Shown here: positions 39,499 through 50,397 of the stretch, piece after piece
Numbering within the stretch: position 1 is the first letter of the stretch
Layout of the letters: each line of letters starts with the position of its first letter
Assembly (NCBI GenBank): GCA_030647775.1
Contig: JAUSJC010000010.1
Span: 6,208-70,207 of the forward strand
Direction: 5' to 3'
Source: Candidatus Curtissbacteria bacterium
GTDB taxonomy: Bacteria > Patescibacteriota > Microgenomatia > Curtissbacterales > GWA2-41-24
DNA length: 64,000 nt
The notes under the pieces: model-generated
Told to the model about the DNA's origin: nothing
The model's input: the letters and a program-made list of their open reading frames with translations, nothing else
The model's database searches: none
Made by a program: the position numbers and the translations under genes

Positions 39499-39580
39499 AT
39501 ATCCATTTTTAACGTTTAAAGGTTTAAAGTCAATTTAAACTGTTTGACCGAGGGTAATAAAATTTGTTACCATTCCCTTC

Positions 39581-40354
39581 ATGGAACAAGTTCCGCTTAC
39601 AGCTCAAAAAAGGACAGTCCTCGGCCGCAAGGTTAAAACCCTTCGTAAAGAAGGCATAATTCCTGCTCACGTCTTCGGCCACAAAATTCCCACCGAGCAT
39701 ATCCAAATTAAAGCTGTCGATTTTTCCAAAGTTTTTGAAAAAGTCGGGGAAACCGGTATTATCGATCTAGCCGTCGATGGCGCCAAAAAACCGGTTATGG
39801 TCAAAGGCGTCCAGATCCACCCGGTAACAGACCAGATCCTCCACGTTGATTTTTACCAAGTTAATCTTGCGGAAAAAGTTAAAGTTAACGTTCCGCTGGA
39901 AATAGTAAGCGAAGCCCCGGCCATCGAAAAGAAACTCGGGCTTCTTCTTACACCAATTACCGAAATTGAGGTCGAAGCCCTTCCGGCAGATATCCCGGAA
40001 AGCATTGAAGTTGATATTTCTAATTTGGCGGCAGTCGGCGACGAAATTAAAGTCAAAGACCTTAAAGTCGACCGTGCCAAAGTCGAAATTATTACGGACG
40101 AGGAACTTATTGTCGTCCAGATCGGTGAACTGGTCACCAAAGAGATGGAAGCAGTCGAAGCCGAAATGGAAGCGGAAGCCGCCGCAACCGTAGAGACGGC
40201 AGAAGGTGCTGAAGTACCAGCCGAAGGCACCCAAGCCCCTGAAGGGGGAACCGCCGAAGGTGAATCCAAAGAAAAGCCGGAAGCTGTGGGCCCGCAGGAA
40301 ACTCCAAAGGTCGAAGACCCTGAGCGAAGTCGAAGGGAAGAAAAGAAAGACTAG
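39581..40354 (+). CDS. rplY: 50S ribosomal protein L25/Ctc
   Basis: LRKEGIIPAHVFG, ILHVDFY, VEALPADIPE; acidic tail. Confidence 0.95.
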   Translation: MEQVPLTAQKRTVLGRKVKTLRKEGIIPAHVFGHKIPTEHIQIKAVDFSKVFEKVGETGIIDLAVDGAKKPVMVKGVQIHPVTDQILHVDFYQVNLAEKVKVNVPLEIVSEAPAIEKKLGLLLTPITEIEVEALPADIPESIEVDISNLAAVGDEIKVKDLKVDRAKVEIITDEELIVVQIGELVTKEMEAVEAEMEAEAAATVETAEGAEVPAEGTQAPEGGTAEGESKEKPEAVGPQETPKVEDPERSRREEKKD

Positions 40355-40356
40355 AC

Positions 40357-40887
40357 TTAGAGCTTTTTGGCAAGTTCACTTGCCTTTTGTCTGGCGTCAT
40401 TCGCCAAATTAGTTTCCCCTTGATATTCATAAAGAGTCGCAAGCTCTGCCCACGCTTTTTGGTAGTCGGGTCTTACCGCCAAAATCTCCCGTAGTTTCGC
40501 TATTTCCTCTCCAAGATTACTTGATTTTGCCCCAAGCGCGCCGTAAAAGCTCAAAGCATAGGCATTTGTCGGGTCGAAATTTAGTACTGTTAAAAGCTGC
40601 TTCCTCGCCTCCTCTATTTGATTTTTATTTTCCAGCTCCCCCACGTATTGAAGTCTTAAATTAACATCCTGTGGTACTTTCTCGACCATCTTCGAAAGCG
40701 ATAAAGCCCTAGGGGCAGGTTTCGGTCCGTTCACTGCAAAGGCAATAGACGCTCCAAGAATCAAAAGTATTAAAACTATGCGGGCCAGCCCGCTAATAAT
40801 TGCACCTTGAGGCGTCTTTGGATAGAAGAGAAAGCCGAAAGGCAAAATATTGCGGGGAATGTTGCGGTAAATTTGCGTGAATTGCAT
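40357..40887 (-). CDS. Membrane-anchored TPR protein
   Basis: RPDYQKAWAELATLYEYQG TPR-like helices. Confidence 0.7.
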   Translation of the reverse strand: MQFTQIYRNIPRNILPFGFLFYPKTPQGAIISGLARIVLILLILGASIAFAVNGPKPAPRALSLSKMVEKVPQDVNLRLQYVGELENKNQIEEARKQLLTVLNFDPTNAYALSFYGALGAKSSNLGEEIAKLREILAVRPDYQKAWAELATLYEYQGETNLANDARQKASELAKKL

Positions 40888-40991
40888 GCCAAAAGACTAA
40901 AGTCTAACGACTAACGTCGAAAATTATTATAACAACAACATTAGTCTTTAGTCGTTCGCCTGCCTTGCCGGCAGGCAGGTCGTTAGTCATC

Positions 40992-43139
40992 TTACGCGGG
41001 CCACTCCTCCAACATAATCGACTCTTTCTTCACATCAAACTTTTGATATATTTCCTCCGTCACAAACGGCATGAATGGGTGCAACATAATGAGAAGCTGC
41101 TTTAAGATATGCTCCAAAATCGGCTGGGCCTCTTCTCTTCTTGCTTTACTTTTTTCAATATAAATATCGGCAAATTTATGCCAGGTAAATTCGTACAGCG
41201 CCTCGACTGCCAAATGCAGTTCGAGATTGTCTAAGTGTTTGGTAACCGCTTTTATTAGGTCTTGAAGCTCCTTTTCAATAAGCGCATCTTCCTCGTGTGA
41301 TAAATTTTTAGTTTGCTTTGAATTTGCGGGCTTTAACTCCAATATAAATTTAGTTACATTCCGAAGCTTCGTCCCAAAATTACGGTAATTCTTGCCGCGC
41401 TCGTCTAAAATCGCCTTAGAAACACGGCCGTCTCTCCCGGGCACGCTGTATGTGTAAAGCGCCATTCTTGTTGCGTCCACTCCCCATTTCTCAATCAGAT
41501 ACATCGGTTCAATCCCATTGCCAAGAGATTTGGAAAATTTTCTTCCCTCTAGATCTCTTAGCATTCCATGGAAAAACATGGTTTTAAAAGGAATCTGGTC
41601 GGTGAAGTGCACGGAAAGCATGATCATTCTGGCAATCCACAAAAATTTAATTTCCGGCGCGCTGATTTCAAAATCCCACGGATAATATTTGACCAGCTCT
41701 GGATCAAATCCAGCTTTTTGATCGTGGGGTTTACCATCCGAAGCCTTGGCGAAGGATGGCCACCCCAAAGTTGACATCGGCCAAAGCCCCGAAGAAAACC
41801 ACGTGTCCAAAACTTGCTCGTCCTGCACCCAATCTTCCCCGGGCGAATCTAAACTCACTTTTATCTCATCCCCGCGGTACCAAACCGGAATTCTGTGCCC
41901 CCACCAGAGGCTTCTGGAAATACACCAATCGTGGATATTTTCCAGCCACCCGCTTAAAATCTTTGCATAATTTTTTGGCAAGAACCTGATTTCGTTTGCC
42001 TTGATAGTTTTAATGGCTTCTTTGGCAAGATTCCCCACTTTCACAAACCATTCTTCCGAAATCAAAGGTTCCACAACACTTCTGCACCTTTCACAAACAG
42101 CAACAGAATGCTTGTAGTCCTCTTCCTTAACCAGGCTCCCATTTTTCCTTAACTCTAAAAGCACTTGTTGTCGGGCCTCGTCAACTTTTAAGTCAAACAA
42201 GGGCGCCGCAAGCATAGTGGTTTTACCATCCTTCCCAATAACTTGAAGAACCTCCAGGTCATGATCTTTACCAATTGCGTAATCTAATAAATCATGTCCC
42301 GGGGTAATCTTTAATGCGCCGGTCCCAAGCTCTTTTTCTACTCGACTATCCTCAATAATTGGAATTGATCTGGGCCCCGACAGAGATAAAATAGAAATAG
42401 GGGTTAAAGCTTTTTTCCCGACATACTTTTTGTATTTTGGATGGCCTGGATAGATTGCAATTGCAGTGTCCGCAAAAATAGTTTCTGGTCTTGTCGTAGC
42501 GATTTCTATATACTCATTTTTTGTTCCTTCTACTAAGTACTTAACAAAATAGAGCTTTTCTTTTCTTTCCTCATACTCTACCTCCGCATTTTCTATCGCA
42601 GTCCTATCTTTAGGACACCACTGGACGATATACGGCCCTTTATAAATGAGGCCTTTGTCGTAGAAAGTTTTGAACTCTTCAAAAACAGCTTGCCTTGGAC
42701 CGTCGTCTAGTGTAAATACTTCCCTCTTCCAGTCGGCCGAAAGCCCCATCATCCGCCAACTGCGCCAGACCGATTTATAAATTTCTTCTTTAAATTCCCA
42801 AGCTTTTTCCAACCACTTTTCCCGTCCCAACTTTTGTTTGGAAAGGTCATCTTTTTGCAGCTTTTTTTCAAACGTCGCTTCAAACTGGATGCCGGCATGA
42901 TCCACTCCGGGCAAAAGTAAAACATCAAATCCCTGAAACCTTTTAAACCTGGCAATTGCATCTAAAATCGAATGCTGCATCACGTGGCCCAGGTGAAGTT
43001 CGCCGGTTAAATTTGGCGGCGGTATTAAAAGAGAGAAACTTTTTTTTGAAGAAGTTGGATCTGCAGAAAAATATTTTTTCTTTTCCCAAAAGTCGTAGAT
43101 TTCTTTTTCGTTTTTAAAATTATTTTTTATAGTTTTCAT
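40992..43139 (-). CDS. valS: Valine-tRNA ligase (lacks C-terminal coiled-coil arm)
   Basis: PPPNLTGELHLGH, GTGALKITPGHD, DWCISR, KFSKS. Confidence 0.96.
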   Translation of the reverse strand: MKTIKNNFKNEKEIYDFWEKKKYFSADPTSSKKSFSLLIPPPNLTGELHLGHVMQHSILDAIARFKRFQGFDVLLLPGVDHAGIQFEATFEKKLQKDDLSKQKLGREKWLEKAWEFKEEIYKSVWRSWRMMGLSADWKREVFTLDDGPRQAVFEEFKTFYDKGLIYKGPYIVQWCPKDRTAIENAEVEYEERKEKLYFVKYLVEGTKNEYIEIATTRPETIFADTAIAIYPGHPKYKKYVGKKALTPISILSLSGPRSIPIIEDSRVEKELGTGALKITPGHDLLDYAIGKDHDLEVLQVIGKDGKTTMLAAPLFDLKVDEARQQVLLELRKNGSLVKEEDYKHSVAVCERCRSVVEPLISEEWFVKVGNLAKEAIKTIKANEIRFLPKNYAKILSGWLENIHDWCISRSLWWGHRIPVWYRGDEIKVSLDSPGEDWVQDEQVLDTWFSSGLWPMSTLGWPSFAKASDGKPHDQKAGFDPELVKYYPWDFEISAPEIKFLWIARMIMLSVHFTDQIPFKTMFFHGMLRDLEGRKFSKSLGNGIEPMYLIEKWGVDATRMALYTYSVPGRDGRVSKAILDERGKNYRNFGTKLRNVTKFILELKPANSKQTKNLSHEEDALIEKELQDLIKAVTKHLDNLELHLAVEALYEFTWHKFADIYIEKSKARREEAQPILEHILKQLLIMLHPFMPFVTEEIYQKFDVKKESIMLEEWPA

Positions 43140-43414
43140 AGTTGCACACACTACTGTCTACTTTTCCTTTCACGTGTTGGCAATTCATTACTCGTGCCCC
43201 CACGTGCAAAGATTTTGTCAAAATCAGAGTCGGGCTTGCCCCGTTAAAAGTTTGGTGTTTTTAGCTCACTATTCTTCGAGTTTTTTTAAAACCCGATCTT
43301 TCAGAGTAGCCATTTTCCCCAATTCTTTTGACGGGGTGGATAACTTAATTATCACCAAGACTTAGTTTCAATTATGTCAGAAAAATTAGTAGATGTTAAA
43401 TGTCGCGGTGGTTT

Positions 43415-43759
43415 CTAAATGATTCCAGATGATTCTAGAAATCTTTTTGAAGAATCAAAAGAGATACGTCCCGTTTCGTCCATCTCCCTGACCACGCCCA
43501 AAGCTTCATTGATACCAGGCCTTGTGTCAACTATCACCGAAGAATCAATGATAAATTCGGCAGCTTGCAGAACCATCAGATCAAATCTTTCTCTGATAGT
43601 TTTCGCGCAACCTTCAACAAGACCTGGGGGAATTATTCTTCCTAAAACTAACGTCCCGATCCTTTCCGTTTCGCAGCTGAGCCCGAATAACCGTTGACGG
43701 AATTCAGTAACAAAAGGGTCAGTATTAACGTTTCTTTCTACGCTTGCCATGTCCAACAA
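43415..43759 (-). CDS. Hypothetical protein
   Basis: 114-aa ORF with TTGACA-N17-TTTAAT upstream. Confidence 0.55.
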   Translation of the reverse strand: MLDMASVERNVNTDPFVTEFRQRLFGLSCETERIGTLVLGRIIPPGLVEGCAKTIRERFDLMVLQAAEFIIDSSVIVDTRPGINEALGVVREMDETGRISFDSSKRFLESSGII

Positions 43760-43822
43760 AAAACGGGAGCTGATCCCGATGCAGGTAAATTAAATCCCAA
43801 AACAATATCCTTGTCAAATTTT

Positions 43823-44905
43823 TTAGAAATGAAGCCCCGGATTTGCACGAAGTGTTAACGGATCAACCAAATTTTTTTCATAGAAACCAGCCGCGGCAAT
43901 CATGGCTCCGTTATCAATAGACAATGATTTAGGTGGAAAGAAAATCTTGATACGATTTTTCTTTCCCGCTTCCTCCATTTTTTCGCGAAGGACACTATTT
44001 GCCGCGACGCCGCCGCCAACGACTATTGACTGCGCAGAAAATTGCTTGGCCGCAGCCAAAGTTTTCTTTACTAGAATATCCGTCACTGCCTCCTGAAACT
44101 CGTACGCAATCGCTCCAACCTTTACCCTTTCCCCTTCATCCTTTACCCTATTTACGACCGCCGTCTTTATCCCGGAAAATGAAAAATCAAAATCACCTGA
44201 TCCTGCCATCGGCCTCGGTAATTTAAACTTACTAACCTCTAACCCCTGATGGCTAGTGGCTAATAGTTCTATCTCCGGTCCTCCGGGATATCCTAGCCCA
44301 AGCATTCTTGCCACTTTATCAAACGCTTCTCCGGCCGAATCATCTCTTGTCCCGCCGAGCCATTTGAAGTCGCCACGTTTTTCCATCAAGATCAAGTCAG
44401 TGTGGCCGCCGGAAACAACAAGAGCAATCAATGGGAACTTAGGTAAATTTGGAATTTGCCTGCCCGCCAGTGCCAAGCTTTGGCAGGCGGGGAATTTGGA
44501 ATTGAGACGTTTTTGTTCCAAAAAAGGAGTTTCAACTGGCATCAGCCAATTGGCATAGATGTGTCCGACTAAGTGGTTAACCCCAATCAAAGGTTTATTC
44601 CATGCAAGCGCCAACGCTCTTGCCGTTTCTGTTCCAATCAAAAGTGAACCGATCAGCCCCGGGCCGTAAGCAATGGCGATTGCGTCAAGCTCTTGACACC
44701 TGACACCTGACACCTGACACGCTTCACCGATCATTGGAATGATTACTTTAATCTGTTCCCTCGCGGCTACTTCGGGCACAATACCGCCATATTTTTCGTG
44801 CATTGCGGCAGACGAAGCAACAATATTAGAAAGGATCTTTCTTCCATCCTCCACTATTGCTGCGCTTGTTTCATCACAAGTCGATTCAATGCCTAAAATT
44901 AACAT
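43823..44905 (-). CDS. tsaD: tRNA N6-adenosine threonylcarbamoyltransferase
   Basis: LGIESTCDET, VNHLVGH, VSGGHT, DDSAGEAFDK, DNGAMIA. Confidence 0.97.
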   Translation of the reverse strand: MLILGIESTCDETSAAIVEDGRKILSNIVASSAAMHEKYGGIVPEVAAREQIKVIIPMIGEACQVSGVRCQELDAIAIAYGPGLIGSLLIGTETARALALAWNKPLIGVNHLVGHIYANWLMPVETPFLEQKRLNSKFPACQSLALAGRQIPNLPKFPLIALVVSGGHTDLILMEKRGDFKWLGGTRDDSAGEAFDKVARMLGLGYPGGPEIELLATSHQGLEVSKFKLPRPMAGSGDFDFSFSGIKTAVVNRVKDEGERVKVGAIAYEFQEAVTDILVKKTLAAAKQFSAQSIVVGGGVAANSVLREKMEEAGKKNRIKIFFPPKSLSIDNGAMIAAAGFYEKNLVDPLTLRANPGLHF

Positions 44906-45414
44906 CAGAGCTCAAAGTTTACACTATCACCGATTTGGAGATTATTGGCGTTGGTAATTCCGGCATTGAGTTCTAGAACGTATTTAGAATTACCACTGGG
45001 CCGATATACCGTTAGCTGGCTGTCCTTTTTACCTGGTTCCGGCAGGGCGCTTTGGACTATATAAACTACCTTCTTATTCTCATCTATCCAAATAATATCG
45101 ATTGGGAATTTCATATCCTTCATCCATATTGCCCAACTGCCGCTGTCGTCAAACACAAAAAGCGTACCCCTGCTTATTTCCAGTCCGTCCCTTCCCGCTA
45201 AACCCTTTTTCCTTTGGTCGGCATTTTTGGCAATATCAGCTTCTATGTTTAAGCCTTTAATACTTACTGTAGTTGTTTTCTTCTGGGTTTGGGAACTTGC
45301 ACTTGAAGTGGCTTGGCCGCGGAAAAGGCTAGAAGTTGAAAATGAACCTCCAAAGACCAAAAGGCCGACGACAAGCAAGAAAAGTCCCAGGATTATGGCT
45401 AGATCTTTCTTCAT
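44905..45414 (-). CDS. DUF192 family protein
   Basis: KGLAGR, IWMKDMKFPIDIIWID, YVLELNAG. Confidence 0.88.
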   Translation of the reverse strand: MKKDLAIILGLFLLVVGLLVFGGSFSTSSLFRGQATSSASSQTQKKTTTVSIKGLNIEADIAKNADQRKKGLAGRDGLEISRGTLFVFDDSGSWAIWMKDMKFPIDIIWIDENKKVVYIVQSALPEPGKKDSQLTVYRPSGNSKYVLELNAGITNANNLQIGDSVNFEL

Positions 45415-47252
45415 GTTCCTACTAAGTATACCGCCTGCCAAGGGCGGTAATACGACTTAAATACATCGTCCGAGATTAGCTTATCATCTTTGTAAACCTT
45501 CCGGGTAAAAAGCGAATCTGCTCCCTGTGCGGAAAAATCTACTTGTTTTATAACGCCTTTTGGCAAAGTTGGATCATCCTGATACTTATCTTCCGGTGCA
45601 GGTTTTATATTCGTTATGACAGGATCTGAAACGTCAACTTTCCTCCCGTCGAGAGTTCCGTAAATATCAATTTCCAGCTTTGAGTTGGCCGGATCCATCA
45701 CCGCCTGCACTAAAATATAATGGCTGGTGTCATTTTTAAAAGCAAAATCCACACCGGGAGACCAAACCGTTGCGTCCAGCCCCGGCTTAAATCCTCCCTG
45801 TTCATAATACCCAACCCGATAAGCATGGGCAGTTCTTGAAACAATCGGCAAACCCGAATTTAAAGCCGCCCTAAAAAGAGTCGTCGAAACCTGGCAAATT
45901 CCACCGCCGTCATCAAGCACCGTTCTACCGCCGGAGATTATATACGCTTGCCGGAAGCCGGTTGCGGCCGAAACCTCACCGACAGTCTTATTGAATGAAA
46001 AAATATCTCCCGGCGCCACGATTGTTCCTGACACACGGGATGCACCCAGCCCGATATTGTTAACACGGTTGGCAATTGAACCGGCAAAATACGATATTCC
46101 CCTGCCGATCAGTTCACGGATGCCGTAGGAGTTTATCTCGCTGCTATCGGTTCGCGCGCGAGTTACAGCCACCGGAAGCGGAATTTGAATATCGCCTTCA
46201 CTATTCAAATCATCGACAGAAACCTTAGAAAGAATCAGCTTACGTGTCGCTTCAACATTAACTTTTTGGCCGTCAATAGCCGGTGAGAACTCACTCACCT
46301 TTCCATTGGCAAACTTAAGGGTCGCGTCTACCGTCGGCCTATCAACATCAGCCGTGATTTTCCCCAAAAATCCGTCAAGCATTTTTTCGTCGACAACCAC
46401 GTTAAGAATCGGTGCATCTGAATCTACCAGGCTTATATCGGAAAACGTAATTTTATTGCCCCCAAACTTCACTTCCTCGACATAGCCTTTTTCGTGGCCC
46501 AAAGGATAAAACCTTAAAATTTTAAGAAGGTCGCTGTCCCCCAGTCTCCACGCGCCGTACCCATAAGTTAGGGTAATTTTTGAATTGACAAGCACTTGGA
46601 CTTTGGAAAAAGCCTTCGAAGCCGCTTGAGCATCGATTTTAGGCGAAGCATCAATAAGCATTACTTCAATGGGTGAGCTTTGCAAACTCTCAACCCTTTG
46701 CACGATATCGGCAGTTAGTTTCCCCCGGTCGACGACGGTTCCCGTCTGCTGGGGTAAAATTGCCAAATGACCGTCTTGATATGCAATTGTTGCGTCTCGG
46801 GGCTGTTTTTCAATCTCGGAAAACTTAGAGTCTAGGAAATTAGCAAATTGGTTGAAATCTAGCCTATAATATGGAGTGAGTTGTGTTTTTAAGAATATTG
46901 CCCCGATTTTTTGTTTTAAGTTTTCGTAAAAATCCGCGGTTCTTCCTCCGTTATAAACCGAATTTAAAGTTTTTTCGGAATCTAGACTAATCCCGACTTC
47001 GGCAGGTTTTACTTCCAGCGTCTTGCCGTTTATTTCAAAGATAATAGGGGAGTTATCAAAATCATCCAAGCTCTTTGAAATTAAACCGAAGGCAGATACC
47101 CTATCTTTTCCGCCTAGGTTTTGTGTACCGATGTATGTATTGGGAAGAATTTTGTCTAAATAAGTGAAGTTATAAATAAAAAAGACCGCAAGCCCAAGTA
47201 AAGCAAAAAACGTACTTTTTCGTTGTTTTAATCCAAGCTTTGCCACATCCAA
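45411..47252 (-). CDS. VanW family protein with peptidoglycan-binding repeats
   Basis: FSFNKTVG, GGGICQVSTTLFRAAL, GLDATV, DFAFKNDT. Confidence 0.92.
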   Translation of the reverse strand: MDVAKLGLKQRKSTFFALLGLAVFFIYNFTYLDKILPNTYIGTQNLGGKDRVSAFGLISKSLDDFDNSPIIFEINGKTLEVKPAEVGISLDSEKTLNSVYNGGRTADFYENLKQKIGAIFLKTQLTPYYRLDFNQFANFLDSKFSEIEKQPRDATIAYQDGHLAILPQQTGTVVDRGKLTADIVQRVESLQSSPIEVMLIDASPKIDAQAASKAFSKVQVLVNSKITLTYGYGAWRLGDSDLLKILRFYPLGHEKGYVEEVKFGGNKITFSDISLVDSDAPILNVVVDEKMLDGFLGKITADVDRPTVDATLKFANGKVSEFSPAIDGQKVNVEATRKLILSKVSVDDLNSEGDIQIPLPVAVTRARTDSSEINSYGIRELIGRGISYFAGSIANRVNNIGLGASRVSGTIVAPGDIFSFNKTVGEVSAATGFRQAYIISGGRTVLDDGGGICQVSTTLFRAALNSGLPIVSRTAHAYRVGYYEQGGFKPGLDATVWSPGVDFAFKNDTSHYILVQAVMDPANSKLEIDIYGTLDGRKVDVSDPVITNIKPAPEDKYQDDPTLPKGVIKQVDFSAQGADSLFTRKVYKDDKLISDDVFKSYYRPWQAVYLVGT

Positions 47253-47316
47253 GATATGATATCATAGAGCTTGAGATAGGGCGCTATAAAACGCCTCTTG
47301 TTCGCGTACAAAAAGC

Positions 47317-48636
47317 TTGGTACAACTAAACATGCCCATGTTAAAACGAATCTTCGCTTCTGCACTAATTATCGCAGTCCCTTTGGTGCTTTCTGCCTGC
47401 TCGCTTTTACCGGGCGGAGGCGCAACCAAAGCAGTAACCATCAAAGTCTGGGGTCTCTGGGAATCTTCAACGACCATGAGCAGAATAATCAGCGATTACA
47501 AGAAAGTTAAACCCGATGTCACTATTATCTACGAGAAAAAAGCGCCCCAGCAATATCGCGAAAGTTTACAAAACCAGATTCAATCCGCTAAAGGCCCCGA
47601 CGTCTTCATTTTCCATAATACTTGGACCCCAATGCTCTCTGGGGAATTGGCGCCTGTGCCGTCAAGTGTTATCACGGGTTCTGATTTTTCCAAAAATTAC
47701 TACCCCACAGCCAGTACTGATCTTAAGAGTCCGGCCAAAAAACTTGTTGGCATTCCCATGGAAATCGATGGTCTTGCCCTTTACTATAATGCGGACATTT
47801 TTAATGCCGCCGGCATAACCTCGGCACCCACAACCTGGCCCGAGTTAGCCCAGGATGCAGCCAAAGTTACGGTTAAAGATACCGCAGGCAATATTAAAAC
47901 CGCGGGTGTTGCTATTGGTACCGCCTCAAATATCGATCATTTCTCCGATATTTTGGGGATGATGGTTTTGCAAAATAGGGGAGACCTCAAAAACCCAACC
48001 GAAAAAGCATCGGCCGACGCGCTTGATTACTATGTCAATTTTGCCAAGGGTCCAAACCGCGTTTGGGATGAAATGATGCCTGCTTCAACTGTTGCTTTTG
48101 CCGGCGGCAATCTGGCTATGTATTTTGCCCCCAGCTGGCGCGCCATCGAAATCAAAAACGCCAACCCGCTTTTAAACTTTAAAGTTGCACCGGTGCCGCA
48201 GCTCAAACTGGATGAGAAAAAAGTAGGCTGGGCCAGCTACTGGGCTGTTGGCGTCTCCGCTAAAAGCCCAAACCAATCTGAAGCCTGGAATTTTGTGAAA
48301 TACCTAACCCAGGAGCAGACGCTTATTACACTTTACAACCAGGCAGCCCAAACCCCCGGCCGAATTTTCGGTGAGCCCTACCCACGGGTTTCAATGGGGC
48401 CAAAACTCGCCTCCGACCCTATACTCGGAGCCTATATTGAGAGCGCCCCTTCGATGCGCTCATTCCCGATGGCCTCATTTACTTGGGATAATGGGCTGAA
48501 TGATCAAATAATCAAGGCGTATGAAGATGCTATTAATGCCACGATAGGCGGAACACCGGCATCAACTGCCTTGCAGACTACCGCCAAAAACGTCCAAAAC
48601 ATTTTAAGTCGGTACTCGACCCCTGCCCCAAAATAA
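47317..48636 (+). CDS. ABC transporter sugar-binding lipoprotein
   Basis: Lipobox LSAC; GPDVF, LALYYNADIF, PTTWPEL. Confidence 0.88.
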   Translation: MVQLNMPMLKRIFASALIIAVPLVLSACSLLPGGGATKAVTIKVWGLWESSTTMSRIISDYKKVKPDVTIIYEKKAPQQYRESLQNQIQSAKGPDVFIFHNTWTPMLSGELAPVPSSVITGSDFSKNYYPTASTDLKSPAKKLVGIPMEIDGLALYYNADIFNAAGITSAPTTWPELAQDAAKVTVKDTAGNIKTAGVAIGTASNIDHFSDILGMMVLQNRGDLKNPTEKASADALDYYVNFAKGPNRVWDEMMPASTVAFAGGNLAMYFAPSWRAIEIKNANPLLNFKVAPVPQLKLDEKKVGWASYWAVGVSAKSPNQSEAWNFVKYLTQEQTLITLYNQAAQTPGRIFGEPYPRVSMGPKLASDPILGAYIESAPSMRSFPMASFTWDNGLNDQIIKAYEDAINATIGGTPASTALQTTAKNVQNILSRYSTPAPK

Positions 48637-48643
48637 CTACCAG

Positions 48644-49429
48644 TCAGTTAGGGAGAGGTCGCAAAGCGCCGGAAAACCCGAATCTAGAAAAATGCTCATC
48701 TCTAAGATTTTCCAGTTTGTCAAACGGCGAAGTCAGTTTATAGAAATCACCCGCAAAATATAAAGCTACCAAGTTTTTCCCCATGTTGTGATAGTACCCT
48801 TCAGCATTAAGGGCTTCAAGCGCACTTCTGTGAAGAAATGTTTCGCCTCCGCTTAACCTGCGGCGGATATTATCTAAGAAAGAAATGGAAGGAACTATTC
48901 TAGGAATAGTAGGGTGAAGCAAGGCAAAAGACGAGTCTGGCTGCCAAAGCGTTGCTGAGTATCCAATCGCAGGCTCTTTCATACTGACCGCAAGTACCAT
49001 ACCATTGAGCCTATTTGGAATCTCTTTCCCCCAAAACTCGTAATTGCCGCCAGTTATAAGAGGATTAGGGAAATGGTCAGAAGAGCCGTCACTATTTAAT
49101 TGGGTCGGGAAAGATTGCCAGTTAGGGTGAGTATGAAAGGATATAAAGGGGTAATGATAACCATTCAGAGCACTTCTGATTGGGTTTTCAAAATCCGCAT
49201 CAATGGAGTCAGAATCACCTCTGCTTACTTTAGTTAAAGCATAAGAATCGTGGCCAATGGTTTTAAAAACCACAAAACCTGCCTCGCGACCTGTGAGCTT
49301 AGTAATCTTTATCGCTGTCGCCACTCTCCGCCTATATTCATAAGACTCCAGTAAAGAACGAAAAGTTGCGCCGTCAACGACCTCTCTTATCTCTTGGGAT
49401 TCTAAAATAGAGCTCGACTCTTTGCCCAT
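48644..49429 (-). CDS. Hypothetical protein, possible JAB/MPN-like metalloenzyme
   Basis: REAGF ... FHTHP ... P..D arrangement. Confidence 0.45.
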   Translation of the reverse strand: MGKESSSILESQEIREVVDGATFRSLLESYEYRRRVATAIKITKLTGREAGFVVFKTIGHDSYALTKVSRGDSDSIDADFENPIRSALNGYHYPFISFHTHPNWQSFPTQLNSDGSSDHFPNPLITGGNYEFWGKEIPNRLNGMVLAVSMKEPAIGYSATLWQPDSSFALLHPTIPRIVPSISFLDNIRRRLSGGETFLHRSALEALNAEGYYHNMGKNLVALYFAGDFYKLTSPFDKLENLRDEHFSRFGFSGALRPLPN

Positions 49430-49487
49430 TATTTAGCTTTTATTTTAAACGGTGTATAGTCTATCATAATCGCGTTGCAATCTAGCC

Positions 49488-50396
49488 ATGAGCTTAGAGA
49501 AAGCTGTTTTATCGACCCTAACATACCACGGTATCTTTGATTATCCCCTGACAAAAGAAGAAATCTACAAGTATCAAATAGGAGAGACTGCAAGCCGTAA
49601 AAAAATTGAAAAAGCTATCCACAGTTTAGTAGAAAATAAAAAAATCGCTACTAAAAACAATCTTTACTATTTAAAAGGTAGGGGAAAGATAGTTAACCTA
49701 CGCACCAGAAGAAAAAAGTATTCTTTCTTAAAACTTAAAAAAGCCCGCTTCTTTGCCAATATCTTAAAACTTATCCCGACTGTTAAACTGGTCGCCGTCT
49801 CCGGCGCCCTTGCCATGGAAAACGCCCAGAAAAACGATGATATTGATCTGGTCATTATTACAGCCAGAAACACTCTATGGAGTACACGGCTTTTGGCAAA
49901 TATTCTCCTCCAGCCTTTCCGACGCAAAGCGGGCTGGCCCCATATAAAAAATAAAGCTTGCCTAAATTTATTTATCGAGCAGTCTAGCCTCAAAATCCGG
50001 ACTCAGAATTTATATACTGCCCACGAAGTTGCCCAAATGCGGCCTTTGTGGCAAAGGCAAAATGCTTACACCAGCTTCCTAAAAGCCAACTCTTGGGTAA
50101 AAACTTTCCTTCCTAATTGGGAACCACCCTCCGCCGACTCAACTTTTACTTTTCCACATTTCCTGCCGCCTGTCTTGCCCCTCGAAGCTTTAGCGAAGTG
50201 GGGCCAGCTTGCATATATGAAGAAAAAAGTCACCACCGAAAAAATAGGGAAGTATCAGTTATTTTTTCATCCCCGAAACACGGAGGAATTGGTATTAAAG
50301 GAATATATCAAGAGGCTCAATATGCTAGACAATCGGTATTCACGAAAGGGAACTTCCCTGCAATCCTCGTCGAGTAAAACTCGACTGCGGGTCTAA
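49488..50396 (+). CDS. Nucleotidyltransferase-fold protein (CPR-common)
   Basis: FDYPLT; VAVSGALA...DDIDL; LYTAHE; FHP. Confidence 0.7.
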   Translation: MSLEKAVLSTLTYHGIFDYPLTKEEIYKYQIGETASRKKIEKAIHSLVENKKIATKNNLYYLKGRGKIVNLRTRRKKYSFLKLKKARFFANILKLIPTVKLVAVSGALAMENAQKNDDIDLVIITARNTLWSTRLLANILLQPFRRKAGWPHIKNKACLNLFIEQSSLKIRTQNLYTAHEVAQMRPLWQRQNAYTSFLKANSWVKTFLPNWEPPSADSTFTFPHFLPPVLPLEALAKWGQLAYMKKKVTTEKIGKYQLFFHPRNTEELVLKEYIKRLNMLDNRYSRKGTSLQSSSSKTRLRV

Positions 50397-50397
50397 T

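Noticed and set aside
43140-43400. T-box riboswitch upstream of valS
   Set aside because: No GGTGG-ACC T-box motif or terminator recognised.
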